From the IMG/VR virus record IMGVR_UViG_3300033070_001497, positions 45,315 through 109,314 of that record: a DNA stretch of 64,000 nt; one strand, 5' to 3'. The notes below the pieces were generated by a model that saw only the letters and a list, made by a program, of their open reading frames with translations, was not told where the DNA came from and searched no databases. Below are positions 17,507-28,135 of this stretch, piece by piece. Numbering within the stretch: the first letter of the stretch is position 1; each line of letters begins with the position of its first letter. The stretch comes from a virus. Its lineage: Duplodnaviria; Caudoviricetes. A program made the translations under genes and the position numbers.

Positions 17507-17742
17507 CAACTGATTCATTCTACCGCAAAATGCTTGCCCGAGAGAGGGTCAATATGGGATTCGACTATTCGAACGGAATGCTGTCCAAATTCGTGTCTCC
17601 TAGGTTGTATGGGAACCCGATGCTCGCTGAATTTCTCAACCGGATAGACAAGGTGATCGTCGACATGGCCGAATCAATCAAGCGCGTCCAATTCTACTTC
17701 GCGTTCACAATCGATAAGAACGATCTAAGCATCAACCAGTGA
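17503..17742 (+). CDS. Small baseplate-associated hypothetical protein
   Basis: ATGA/GTGA coupled between gp6 and the next gene. Confidence 0.65.
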   Translation: MTTDSFYRKMLARERVNMGFDYSNGMLSKFVSPRLYGNPMLAEFLNRIDKVIVDMAESIKRVQFYFAFTIDKNDLSINQ

Positions 17743-20700
17743 GCTACAAGTACTACAACTTCTACAACAAGAGAGGCGAGTACCTGAACCTCGATTACGA
17801 CGCTGACTCTGATTGCTGGACCGGTAGGATCCAACACGGAGTCATCTCTGAGGGGCTGGTCGAGGACGCACAGATCTACATCCTAGAACAGGTCTACAAC
17901 CAAACTTCTGGGCTAGTGGAGAGCGCGTTTCCTGTGGGCTCCCCAGTGGTCTGTGATGGAGGAATCGTCTTGCAGGGAGCTGGATCGTCTGGCATCGATG
18001 GCACGTATTGTCCTGATGGCACCAGTGAAACCTTTCCAATGTGGACCCAGGTCGGAGGTACCACTTTCCAGGATAGCATCTACTACATCTACGTAGGAGG
18101 TGGCATCTATTTGTGGGTGATCACCAGCGGAGGATCATACTCCCAATCCCCGTTCTACGCAAAATACGCTGCCTACAACGTAGATGGGACTTTGCCGTTG
18201 CCCTCGGATTTCTTTGTGACCTCTGGTGGATTACCAGAAGTTCCTAGTTTCGGTTCAGTAGAGCTCATGGGTGCCGGTCCATTCCTAAACGTCTACTTTT
18301 CGCCGACTGGCGCATCCGAACACTTCCAATATGGATTCTCTGCTAACCCTACCGCTGATAACTGGCTCGTGAAGGAGCGCCAAAAGAACTATGGTCTGGA
18401 GATCAATAGTTTCACGATAGTTGGTGTGACTGGCAACGATCCAGGAATGAAGATAGTAGATGAGGTTAGGTCGGAAGCTCTTCAAATCAACATCGGGTTC
18501 CAGCCATCCACCGAGGCCAATTACAGCAATTGGCTCACGATCGAAGACGGCTTGGGCCATGTCATCGCTAGGATAGAAGTCTATGGCGAGGGAGAGAACG
18601 AGGACGAGAGGCTCAAGGACATCCTCCAGAACTTCGGACACGACATCCTCAGTGAGGACATGCCAGTGTTCGACAAGACGGACATCAACGAGCCAGAGCC
18701 TGATTGGATATTCCTCAACCGCAAAAGGAAGGAGTTGATCACGGAGTTCGAGAAGATCTTCCCTTACATCGGCTCTTACCGGGCACTGATCAACATCATC
18801 AAGTTCTTCGGATACCAGGATGTCCACCTAAAGGAGTACTGGAGGAACGTGGACCCTCGTTCGGTCAACTACGGCAAGTTCAAGCATACCGACATCATCC
18901 AGATCTTCGACAAGACGGCCAACTTCAGGGATTCCCTGAGCGTGCCGAACAAGATCTACAAGAAGACCAACCTGTTTGGTCTGTTCTACGACATCACCAA
19001 GGAGACTGGGGAGTACGACGAGAATGGGTACCCGGTAGTAGAAGAGGTGTTCAGCTTCACTCCAGAGGAAGTGCTCATCAAGATCTTCGCGCTAAAGAAC
19101 AAGCTCAAGAAGTACTTCCTTCCGACGAACGCAAGGATCATCGACATCGTCGGCGAAGCAGTCTACTACATGCGGTTGGACACCACCGCAAGGACAAGCT
19201 TCTGCCGTGTGGACGCTGTCCAGCTTTCGCTGCATCCAACGTATGAGATTCTGCCAAAGCCATGCGGCTACATCCAGGACCTGAGGCCCCTGTACCACTA
19301 CGGGTGCCCGGTCGGGCCAGATTTGCTGCTTGATGGCACGACTGACCTATTCTCATGGAGAATTGGGATCGGCAACACGGCGTACGTCGGTGGCATCCTT
19401 GACGGGATCCAGACCTATGCGCTATCGGTAAACATTCCGTTCGGTCCAACATCGTCGATCGTCAGCGCAACATTCCAGAGGGATCCTGACACCGGCCAAA
19501 CCGCTTATTCTGGTGCAGAAATTGCGAATGGCCTGATAGCAGCATGGAATGATGCAGCCGAGACAGATGAGAGGCTGGCGCCATTCACACTCTACCAAGA
19601 AGGCGGAAGTTCCGGAATCATCAGGATCCTACAGACTGAGCCTGGCAGCACAGGACAGATCTTCGCGTACTGGTACAGCAACACGACTGGCGTCATCCCA
19701 TCTGGCAAATTCAGCATCCCAGGCCCTACGGGTGGCACGGCAACAACGATCGACATCTCACCCGGTGGAACGTTCGGGCCGAGCGGCGCCCCGATGTCGT
19801 ACTACAACGACTGCTTCCTGGCTTACTTCGACAACATCAACCTGGAGGTCGCCGAACTCAACGACGATGAGGACATCCCTGTAGGGTACCCAATCACCCT
19901 GGTCAACACCACGTTTGACATCTCATGGGATGAGGCCGAGGTGACATTCAATGACATCGATCAGACCGATTTTGGGCAGACTGGTCCAACAGGGCAAACG
20001 TACTATTCCCAGTTCAATCAATCCTTCCAAGTCACCGGTTGGACTTCGATCTATCCAAACCCTGGCCTGCCAAGTGGAGCGACTTACCTGAGCATCGCAG
20101 CTACCGCTGGTATGACCGGATTCCCTTCGAACTTTCCGACCCAGAATGTCTACTCCTGGATAAACCTTGGCCGCTACAACTTCTACGAGATGCAGTGGAA
20201 AGTGACATTCGATGGAGACATCGATTGGAGCTATGATTCCGGTAGAAAGACGGTGAGTGAACTAGAAAGGCACTCGCTGATCCTGCCTTACGCTGGCACA
20301 TACACTGTAGAGCTGAGAATGTGGGATCTCTACAACACAGTAGCGATCAAGATCGATCCAGCCGCGATATGCGTGAAGATGCAGGAATGCGATTTCATCG
20401 GTTGGTACCAGATGCTCGAGAAGGAATACACCTTCGACACGCCAAGGTACGAGGTGCAATCGGATTACTCAAAGAATGACCCGAGGTACCGGAAACCCAA
20501 GCAGCTGACATGGGATGAGTACGTTTCCACATGGGAGTTGCCATTCCATCCGAACGAGGAGATCGGCATGGCCGAGATCAGCTACAACTCGCTGGATGGG
20601 ATCGAGTTCTACCAGAACATCACTGATGAGGATCGTCATCCGTTGGCAGATCGGAACCCATACTACTTCCACAAGATCGGCAAGGTGGCCAGGTTCAAGG

Positions 20701-21890
20701 ATCTCTACCACCTGTGGTGGGATGGTATCGGTACCAAGATCACACAGTTCAGCATCTCCGAGTGCTCGACCGGTCCGACCGGCTACATGTTCATGACGCT
20801 AGAGAATTGTCCGTTCGACATCACTGATCCGAACATGACGATCAGTTACGTCCAAGGCCCGACAGGCTACACCGGTCCATTGGGCATCACCGGCGCTACT
20901 GGAGCGACTGGCGACGTCATCTACTCGGCCTACGATTCGAGCGTCTATCGCTACGATGGCTCGGTCTGGAAGCGGACATACGCAACCATGGAGGGCTTCC
21001 CGTTGAGGTCCAACTACACGAACAGGAGATCGAGGTTCCAGAACTTGGTCAGCCAACTGAACTTCGACCTCTATGACGATGCCAGGGACCTTCCGATGCT
21101 CAGGTCATTCATCTACTACTTCGATGAAAAGTACGACACCGATTACTCGCTGAAGCCGTACGTGAGAGCAGTGTCCAAGGACTTCGACAAGCACAACAGG
21201 CACCGGATAAGGTTCCAGGGCATGACCGGGGATTCGAAGTCTTACGAGACCACGTACTTCGGCTACATGGGAGACATCCCATCCCACTTCGAGATCTACA
21301 CCGTCTCATCATCGACTGGGCCCAGCAGCTCCATCACCGTGGAAGGGATGACGGCGCCATACCTGATTGGCGCAACCAACCTGATCTACTTGGCCGATGA
21401 GCTCAATGGGCCGACAGCCCAATCTTGGCCAGGGATCCGTGAGTTCTCGTACAACCTCGTCCTGGGTTGGTCTGGCGGCACCGGTTCGACGTCTTACTAT
21501 GAGACGAAGGTCCAGGCCATCTCGAAGGCCTTCACTTCGCCTGACAAGTTCTGGGTGGAGTTCGATAACGTCATAGGCACCATCTATGGGCGATCCCTCA
21601 TCAAGAATCCGACCTTCGATAACCTGCGGATCCTCAAGTACAGCAAGAGGCTGCCAGTCCTCAGCCTTCTGAACTTCACCTATGACAATTGCCAGGTGCA
21701 CGGCAAGAAGAAGCCAGTCTGGAAGCTGTCAAAGGAGTTGGAAGGTTCAACTGTGGATACATACGACCGGAATCGGTACTTCTCGTTCCTGTTCACAGAA
21801 AAGGGCTCTTACACACTGAGCCTCAAACTCGAAGACACGAACGGAAACGTCGTGGAAACAACCAAACGGGAATTGATCATCGTCGAATAA
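17739..21890 (+). CDS. Large baseplate wedge/structural protein (gp7-like) with C-terminal PKD/Ig-like domain
   Basis: YIGSYRALINIIKFFGY (gp7/gpI-type segment); KGSYTLSLKLEDTNGN Ig/PKD-type end. Confidence 0.55.
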   Translation: MSYKYYNFYNKRGEYLNLDYDADSDCWTGRIQHGVISEGLVEDAQIYILEQVYNQTSGLVESAFPVGSPVVCDGGIVLQGAGSSGIDGTYCPDGTSETFPMWTQVGGTTFQDSIYYIYVGGGIYLWVITSGGSYSQSPFYAKYAAYNVDGTLPLPSDFFVTSGGLPEVPSFGSVELMGAGPFLNVYFSPTGASEHFQYGFSANPTADNWLVKERQKNYGLEINSFTIVGVTGNDPGMKIVDEVRSEALQINIGFQPSTEANYSNWLTIEDGLGHVIARIEVYGEGENEDERLKDILQNFGHDILSEDMPVFDKTDINEPEPDWIFLNRKRKELITEFEKIFPYIGSYRALINIIKFFGYQDVHLKEYWRNVDPRSVNYGKFKHTDIIQIFDKTANFRDSLSVPNKIYKKTNLFGLFYDITKETGEYDENGYPVVEEVFSFTPEEVLIKIFALKNKLKKYFLPTNARIIDIVGEAVYYMRLDTTARTSFCRVDAVQLSLHPTYEILPKPCGYIQDLRPLYHYGCPVGPDLLLDGTTDLFSWRIGIGNTAYVGGILDGIQTYALSVNIPFGPTSSIVSATFQRDPDTGQTAYSGAEIANGLIAAWNDAAETDERLAPFTLYQEGGSSGIIRILQTEPGSTGQIFAYWYSNTTGVIPSGKFSIPGPTGGTATTIDISPGGTFGPSGAPMSYYNDCFLAYFDNINLEVAELNDDEDIPVGYPITLVNTTFDISWDEAEVTFNDIDQTDFGQTGPTGQTYYSQFNQSFQVTGWTSIYPNPGLPSGATYLSIAATAGMTGFPSNFPTQNVYSWINLGRYNFYEMQWKVTFDGDIDWSYDSGRKTVSELERHSLILPYAGTYTVELRMWDLYNTVAIKIDPAAICVKMQECDFIGWYQMLEKEYTFDTPRYEVQSDYSKNDPRYRKPKQLTWDEYVSTWELPFHPNEEIGMAEISYNSLDGIEFYQNITDEDRHPLADRNPYYFHKIGKVARFKDLYHLWWDGIGTKITQFSISECSTGPTGYMFMTLENCPFDITDPNMTISYVQGPTGYTGPLGITGATGATGDVIYSAYDSSVYRYDGSVWKRTYATMEGFPLRSNYTNRRSRFQNLVSQLNFDLYDDARDLPMLRSFIYYFDEKYDTDYSLKPYVRAVSKDFDKHNRHRIRFQGMTGDSKSYETTYFGYMGDIPSHFEIYTVSSSTGPSSSITVEGMTAPYLIGATNLIYLADELNGPTAQSWPGIREFSYNLVLGWSGGTGSTSYYETKVQAISKAFTSPDKFWVEFDNVIGTIYGRSLIKNPTFDNLRILKYSKRLPVLSLLNFTYDNCQVHGKKKPVWKLSKELEGSTVDTYDRNRYFSFLFTEKGSYTLSLKLEDTNGNVVETTKRELIIVE

Positions 21891-22460
21891 ATGGCAATCG
21901 AAACTACTCAACTCAACGGCACCGATTCCGTAGCTGCGGGCAGGATCACGATCAACGACAACTTCGCCACGATCAAGGACGCCCTTAACCGGGTCCTGAG
22001 CGTGTTCGATATTGCCACTGGTAAGATCAACAACTACGGGTTTGGCAGCGACAACGACATTGAGACCGAGGACCTGATAGTCCGAGGATCAACTGGCGGC
22101 GGGATCTCTGTGCTCTCCGGTGGAATCAGCATCAGCCTTGGTAATTTGACCATTGGTGGAGCTGGATACATCGAGTTCGGCAGCGGCTCCAGTGTCAAGA
22201 TCGAGAAGCTCACCAAGCTCTTCAATATCTCGCCTGGCAACATCCCAGTCTGGAATGTGAGCGGCACTGGAGCTACTGGTGGCACAGGACCGATTGGCTA
22301 CTTTGGTCTGCCGAGGCTCGACACCGCGACCATCAATGATATCAAGTTCCCACAAGTTGGGGCCCTCGTCTACGATGTGTCAGTGGGCACGACCGGCGCA
22401 CTTAAGTGCTGCGTTGAGTCTGGCGTCACTGGGACCTGGCAAACAGTCACACTCACCTGA
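21891..22460 (+). CDS. Short baseplate/fibre protein
   Basis: N-terminal GTDSVAAGRITINDNF, typical of T4-like baseplate/fibre anchor segments. Confidence 0.55.
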   Translation: MAIETTQLNGTDSVAAGRITINDNFATIKDALNRVLSVFDIATGKINNYGFGSDNDIETEDLIVRGSTGGGISVLSGGISISLGNLTIGGAGYIEFGSGSSVKIEKLTKLFNISPGNIPVWNVSGTGATGGTGPIGYFGLPRLDTATINDIKFPQVGALVYDVSVGTTGALKCCVESGVTGTWQTVTLT

Positions 22461-22463
22461 TGC

Positions 22464-24503
22464 ATGGCGTCTCCCCTGATCAATCCATTGCGCGTCAATG
22501 GTGGGACTGTCTACACATTCACATCGGCTTCTAACGACCTAACTGGGTTCTTCGGCGACGATGATACCAGGGTGACCTTTTCGAAGTTCGTCCTGCTAGA
22601 CCTCCCTGACGTTGCCACTCCATCCTCTAACTACGAGAACTACCTCGTCTGGGAAGCCATAGGCTCTAACCTAGGCGGAGGCACCTCAGGCGTCCCAGCC
22701 TTGGCTCTGGACGAGAACATCAACTTCGCACAGTCCTTACAGAACTACGTGCTCAATTTCGAGCAATTGGCGTTGGAAGGCAAGAACACGCTGGCCCAAG
22801 GATACGACCAGCTGCAAAAGTCTTCGGTCAGCGAAAGGATTTTCTGGAAGTGGCTCTGTAACCTGAACGTCCTGAGATTCAGGGATGCTAGCACATCGGA
22901 AGCAGCAGCTTCCAATCGATTCGTCGAATTGGATCCGACTTCGTACTACAACCGTGTTGTCAAGTACATCGGAGACATCGACATCGTCAACAACGTCAGG
23001 AAGGACGGACAGTCCTACATGGAGGCGTACATCCACGTTCCCACCGAACACGGATCCACTCCTACTGTGCTTTGGAAGACGCTGGCCGACACCAACTACG
23101 CTCCTGGCATGGTCTGGTCGAATGGCAACGTCTACGTCGACGGCCGGGATTCAGGATCAGTCCATCCATCTGGCCTTGACCTGAGGGCTTACTACGATAG
23201 CCCATCGAGCCAGTACATTTCCCAATCGACATTCGGCGACGTGACAAACGTAGCCGGCACAGCCATCCTAGGATCGGCGAAGCCAGTGGTCTTCTCGAAG
23301 ATGGATGGCGCTGTGCTTGATTTTGATCCGAACTCCTACCAAGCGATCGTAGCGGACCCCAACGTCTCGATCATCTCGGAGTTCAACATGACGGATGCGG
23401 CTTCGCATTTCAAGTTCAACGTCTGTCTGATCTACTATGACGTCTACCGCGAATCGGATCCAACCGATAGGGCGACTAACCTCTTTGGAGTCCTAGTCCT
23501 GGACGACTACATCAACCAGGGCTCGGGCTATTCATATTTGCCAAGGTTCGATAAGTTCAAGCCTAACAAGATCACTAAGCTCAATGGCAACGCCTATGGG
23601 CTCAAGCTGAACGTAAGGTTCGATACCTCGATCGATAACGTCGGAGTCGAGGTGGTGGTCAACGAGTACAACACGTTCTCGATGGACCTGTTCACCGACG
23701 CGATGAACAGGATGCAGGAATCGGCCGACCTTTTCCAGGATCTCATCATCGAGGTCACTGGGATCAGGGAGAGGTTAGAGACCACCGAATCGATCTACTA
23801 CTCGATAGGAGATCTGACTCTGCTTTCGCAGCGGTTGAATTCGTTGGAAGTCGGCCTCAATAACGCCAAGCTGTCGATGGAATCATCGACGACGCTTCTG
23901 GACCTCATCAATAAGCTCGCGGACAACATCAATGCGATCCTGAATGGGACAACCTCATTGAACGTCGCTTTCAACTTGGACTTGATCTTGAATGGTGATG
24001 GAACTATCATAGACCGATCTGTTCCAGGGCAAGTGTCCATCGTCAATACCGTCCAACAGTACAACACCATCATGACGTGTGGCAACTCCGATAACAGCGG
24101 AATGTTGGCAACCTCGTCTAGCAACGGCAACACACTGGATTCCCTGACGGATGGCAACATCCTATTCCTCGGGCGTTTCAGTAACTACTTCAAGCAGAGG
24201 AACACGAACACCGACCCTATGACAGGAGTCGAGGCCTTCTCTGACAACCTGTACATCAACATCGACGATTCCAATTACCGTTGGAAGAAAGGTCAAACGG
24301 TGAAGATCTACTTCGAAGGCCTGATCGATGCCAATGGATACAACATTTCGTTCTACACCGATGCTAAGAACGCTTTCGGCAACGGCGCTTTCGAGAAGCT
24401 GATCGGCACAGTCTACACGTCTAGCCTGAGCCAAGCACCGATCATCGAGATAGTCTGCCTCGATGAATCCACCTACCAATTCGACGTGAACATCCTCAAG
24501 TAA
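22464..24503 (+). CDS. Virion structural protein (baseplate region)
   Basis: 679-aa ORF in the structural cluster with a central coiled coil. Confidence 0.55.
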   Translation: MASPLINPLRVNGGTVYTFTSASNDLTGFFGDDDTRVTFSKFVLLDLPDVATPSSNYENYLVWEAIGSNLGGGTSGVPALALDENINFAQSLQNYVLNFEQLALEGKNTLAQGYDQLQKSSVSERIFWKWLCNLNVLRFRDASTSEAAASNRFVELDPTSYYNRVVKYIGDIDIVNNVRKDGQSYMEAYIHVPTEHGSTPTVLWKTLADTNYAPGMVWSNGNVYVDGRDSGSVHPSGLDLRAYYDSPSSQYISQSTFGDVTNVAGTAILGSAKPVVFSKMDGAVLDFDPNSYQAIVADPNVSIISEFNMTDAASHFKFNVCLIYYDVYRESDPTDRATNLFGVLVLDDYINQGSGYSYLPRFDKFKPNKITKLNGNAYGLKLNVRFDTSIDNVGVEVVVNEYNTFSMDLFTDAMNRMQESADLFQDLIIEVTGIRERLETTESIYYSIGDLTLLSQRLNSLEVGLNNAKLSMESSTTLLDLINKLADNINAILNGTTSLNVAFNLDLILNGDGTIIDRSVPGQVSIVNTVQQYNTIMTCGNSDNSGMLATSSSNGNTLDSLTDGNILFLGRFSNYFKQRNTNTDPMTGVEAFSDNLYINIDDSNYRWKKGQTVKIYFEGLIDANGYNISFYTDAKNAFGNGAFEKLIGTVYTSSLSQAPIIEIVCLDESTYQFDVNILK

Positions 24504-24504
24504 G

Positions 24505-27500
24505 ATGCCGCCGGTAAACAAATCCAAGAACTCCCTCACCACCCAGCTGAACGATCTCATGCGGATCCAGAAGGATGCGTATGAGATGATGCTCAAGTTC
24601 AGCCAGTTGGTGTCGTCGAACTCGGACACTGTCACGTTCGACCTTTCGGACGCGGTTGGCAAGATCAAGAAGGTGACGGTGCCTTCGATGTCGTCGATCA
24701 TGGCTGAAGTGAAGAGGGTCAGTAACTCCCTCGAGTCGATCTCCGGAGTTGGAGGCAAATCGGCCACGGTCAAGCTGTCAGATGGCAAATTCCGTAAGGT
24801 GTTGGCAGCTTCGCTCAAGCGTGAGGCCGCTGACATCAAGGCGATGCCATTGCCGAAGACGTTCAACAAGAAGGAGAACTGGTTCTTCGAGTCGTTCCTG
24901 AACCCGTTGCTCTATGTCAGCTTCGATCTGTCTGATCAGATCAAGCCTAACACCGAGAACGTTGAGATCCATCGCTACATCCTTAACCTCGACACAGAAG
25001 CCAAGAAGAAGCTCTTCGACAAGAACTTCAAGGGCAATTCGAACATCCTCTTCCAGGATTTCTACTCGATAGTCCTGGACAACAACATCACCTTCTTCGA
25101 TGACAACGAGGTGGTGTCTTTGCCGCCGCGATCGCTTCGATTCTTCGGCGACTTCGCGGTAACGGACGTGTTCGACGAATCGACGACTGAGACCCTTGAT
25201 GGAGTCCTTTACCAGAAGAGAGTTCTCAAGCTCAGGCTCGACACTCTCAAGTATAGCGATCACCAGTCGAGGTTCAAGCTTACCCAATCGCTCAAGGTTG
25301 GGGATTCCTTGCTGGTCAACGCGAACAACAAGGACACCAGATATCGGATCGATTCTATCGAGTCTGACACCAGGACTGTGACGGTGAGCATAGTCGAAGG
25401 ATTCGAGCCTATCAAGATCGGAGTCGATGTCCTCTCGTATTATGACGTCGACAATTCGTCGGTGAGCGTGGACGTCAATGTTGGATTCAATGAGAACTGC
25501 GTCCTCTTCATTAGGCCCATCGACCCTGATTCGAAGATCGCATCGGTGAATTGGTCACCTGGTGTCGGTCTCTTTACCAATGAGCTGACGATCAAGGACG
25601 ACAGCGACCAGGACATCACGCTTGACGTCTTCTACCAGAACCAAGTCATCGACTTTGGAGCTTACCTCTACTCGGTAGCAAAGGAAAAGATTCCTCCTTC
25701 GATCTTTGGGGTCACGCCAGATGCACCAGCGGTGACAACTGACAACTTCAAGGTCGTCCAGATCAACGAGCACATCACCTCGAACTCATCGATCCAGGAT
25801 GTCAAGAAGCTGCACGCTGAGAAGAACCGGTTGCAATCGACAATCAGCACGATCGACAAGTCGATCGTCTCTCTGAGATCGAAGATCGAATCGACCAAGT
25901 ACGTCTCGAAGAAAGTCGAAGACACCGATCGAAACGAGCTTTCCAGGCTCATCGGCGACAGGGATTCCACTTCCAAGCTGTTCTCGTCATCGGTCGATGA
26001 CATCAACAAGATCAGCACAGCTCGTGCATTGGGAGACGCGAACCCAAAGTACCGGGTGCGTGGATTCTTTCCGATCCCAAAGGCGAAGAGCACGGACAGG
26101 ACCAATCCACAGGAAGTGGTCCAATTCATTGTCCAATATCGCTACCTCAAGAAGGATGGGTCCGCGAACCAACCGACCCAGATCAAATTCCTTGACAACT
26201 CCGGCGAGGAGAGGAGAGGAACTTTCTCGACGTGGAACGAGCTCAAGACTCCAGTCAGGAGCAGGTACACGGACCCTTTCACCGGCGAGATCGCATGGAA
26301 GGTTGAGGATGTGGAGGATGGCGATAGCGTGAACATCAATCAGATCGACATCCCGATCTCCCAGAACGAATCTGTGGAGATCAGGATCAAGTCACTCTCC
26401 GAGGCAGGATGGCCGATTTCGCCGAAGGAATCGGTGTGGTCAGAGACCGTAAGAGTCGAATTCCCATCTGACTTAGAATCGATCCAAGATGTCGGTTCGA
26501 TCACAGATGAGGCCAACAAAGACAGGGCTAAGATCGAGCTACGGAAAGAGCTGGACAGCCTCGGGATCACTGATCACGTCAATAGCTCCTTCAGCCAGTC
26601 GTCGAAGTACTTTGCGCACTCTGCCAAGGAATTGGCATCTGGGTTCTTCACTTCCGAGCAGAACGTGATCCCTCTGTTCGATAAGCTCAAGGAGATGGAG
26701 GAAACGATCTTTGAGCTCCGAGCCATGATCGACAAGTCCAGGGCGATCCTCGTTGTACGCGTCGTCGATGAGCTTGGCCAGGAACACACCGTCGAGAAGA
26801 ACTCAACTCTCAGGCTGTTCGCTGGCAACTACAGAGAGCAGGTTTCTGGATCAGTCGTCAAGAAGGGAGCCATCATCACGAAGAACTACTTCATCAGGGT
26901 GTTCAATGAGAAGCAGAGCGCCCTGGAGATGTACGCTCGTGAGTTCGGAAGCAGGTACGTCAAGATCACTCCATCGTATTCCAGCGGCGAAGACTTCAGG
27001 GTCAACGACCAGGATTACAACCGAGTGAGGAGATACGACTACGTTCCGCTTTCGTTGTCGAGCCCTCCAACCGAGGAGCTCAACTCCTACGGGTTCATCA
27101 GGAACTATCCACAGCAATCCTCGCAGGTCCTTGGACAGTTCATCGCTCTCCGTTACCTGGCGGTAGATGGCCGGCGCCCTCTCTACTCGAATGTGGATGG
27201 TCTCACGTATGGGGTGTATGATTCCAGGGCCATCACCAACGGCACACCAGCTTACATCTCCACTGTCACAGAGGACGTTGAGCACACGCTCAATTCCACG
27301 GTCATGGACACTCTCGTGGCCAGCACCAACGTTGGAGCTACAGTCTCTGGAGACTTCATCTGGAAGGGCGGCACCAACGGAACATGGGTCATCCCGTACA
27401 CCGATGCAAACGTCCAGGCCAGCTATAACGACAACATCTTCATCCACATCAAGCACCCGATGGTGCCTTCTTGGGCTGGTATGACGTCGACTGACGCCGG

Positions 27501-28110
27501 TGTCAACACGATAGTCCAAGACGAGATCAGGAATTCTGTGTTCGCGAATGCTCCGTTCGGAACGACTGGCTCCGATAGGCAGACCGCGTTCTTCCACGAA
27601 TCGATCGGTGGGACCGCTGACAAGCACGCCAAGATCGGATTCGTCGATGGGGATCAATACTTGATCGGACCAAGGTCGGTTGGAGCGTACCTGTTCTTCA
27701 ACCCGAAGAGCCACGATGTCATCACAGTTCCAGGATCTGACAACCTCTCGTTCAAGACTCTCAAGTTCGGCACCAAAGAGGCATTGACCATCCCAGTCAC
27801 TTTCCAGTACAGGATGACCGATTACTTCGGAAGCGAGGACACTGGGCTTGGAAATGTCGGTGGCAACCCATCTGCTTCGGCGAACACCAACCTCGAGTAC
27901 ATCAAGACCATTGGAGTCGATGTCTTCCCGAACCCAACAGAGAACGAGAGGTTCTCGTTTGACTTAGAGCTCTCGGCGAGGTACTACTCCAGGACTCTGG
28001 CCTCGAAGGAGACTCCGTTGAGGACCTTCGAGAACACCATCGATGACTTCACGTCTCAGATCGTGACGTTGCTCCCACAGACATCCAGGGATGCTGGATC
28101 TAGGAGTTAA
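24505..28110 (+). CDS. Large virion structural protein with coiled-coil and Fn3-like segments
   Basis: 1201 aa; VEIRIKSLSEAGWP...SVWSETVRVEF Fn3-like strand pattern; two coiled coils. Confidence 0.55.
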   Translation: MPPVNKSKNSLTTQLNDLMRIQKDAYEMMLKFSQLVSSNSDTVTFDLSDAVGKIKKVTVPSMSSIMAEVKRVSNSLESISGVGGKSATVKLSDGKFRKVLAASLKREAADIKAMPLPKTFNKKENWFFESFLNPLLYVSFDLSDQIKPNTENVEIHRYILNLDTEAKKKLFDKNFKGNSNILFQDFYSIVLDNNITFFDDNEVVSLPPRSLRFFGDFAVTDVFDESTTETLDGVLYQKRVLKLRLDTLKYSDHQSRFKLTQSLKVGDSLLVNANNKDTRYRIDSIESDTRTVTVSIVEGFEPIKIGVDVLSYYDVDNSSVSVDVNVGFNENCVLFIRPIDPDSKIASVNWSPGVGLFTNELTIKDDSDQDITLDVFYQNQVIDFGAYLYSVAKEKIPPSIFGVTPDAPAVTTDNFKVVQINEHITSNSSIQDVKKLHAEKNRLQSTISTIDKSIVSLRSKIESTKYVSKKVEDTDRNELSRLIGDRDSTSKLFSSSVDDINKISTARALGDANPKYRVRGFFPIPKAKSTDRTNPQEVVQFIVQYRYLKKDGSANQPTQIKFLDNSGEERRGTFSTWNELKTPVRSRYTDPFTGEIAWKVEDVEDGDSVNINQIDIPISQNESVEIRIKSLSEAGWPISPKESVWSETVRVEFPSDLESIQDVGSITDEANKDRAKIELRKELDSLGITDHVNSSFSQSSKYFAHSAKELASGFFTSEQNVIPLFDKLKEMEETIFELRAMIDKSRAILVVRVVDELGQEHTVEKNSTLRLFAGNYREQVSGSVVKKGAIITKNYFIRVFNEKQSALEMYAREFGSRYVKITPSYSSGEDFRVNDQDYNRVRRYDYVPLSLSSPPTEELNSYGFIRNYPQQSSQVLGQFIALRYLAVDGRRPLYSNVDGLTYGVYDSRAITNGTPAYISTVTEDVEHTLNSTVMDTLVASTNVGATVSGDFIWKGGTNGTWVIPYTDANVQASYNDNIFIHIKHPMVPSWAGMTSTDAGVNTIVQDEIRNSVFANAPFGTTGSDRQTAFFHESIGGTADKHAKIGFVDGDQYLIGPRSVGAYLFFNPKSHDVITVPGSDNLSFKTLKFGTKEALTIPVTFQYRMTDYFGSEDTGLGNVGGNPSASANTNLEYIKTIGVDVFPNPTENERFSFDLELSARYYSRTLASKETPLRTFENTIDDFTSQIVTLLPQTSRDAGSRS

Positions 28111-28123
28111 GGGATCCAGGGTT

Positions 28124-28131
28124 AATACATA
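28124..28131 (+). promoter_or_regulatory. Putative late promoter AATACATA
   Basis: 4 nt before ATG 28136. Confidence 0.55.
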
Positions 28132-28135
28132 GCCC

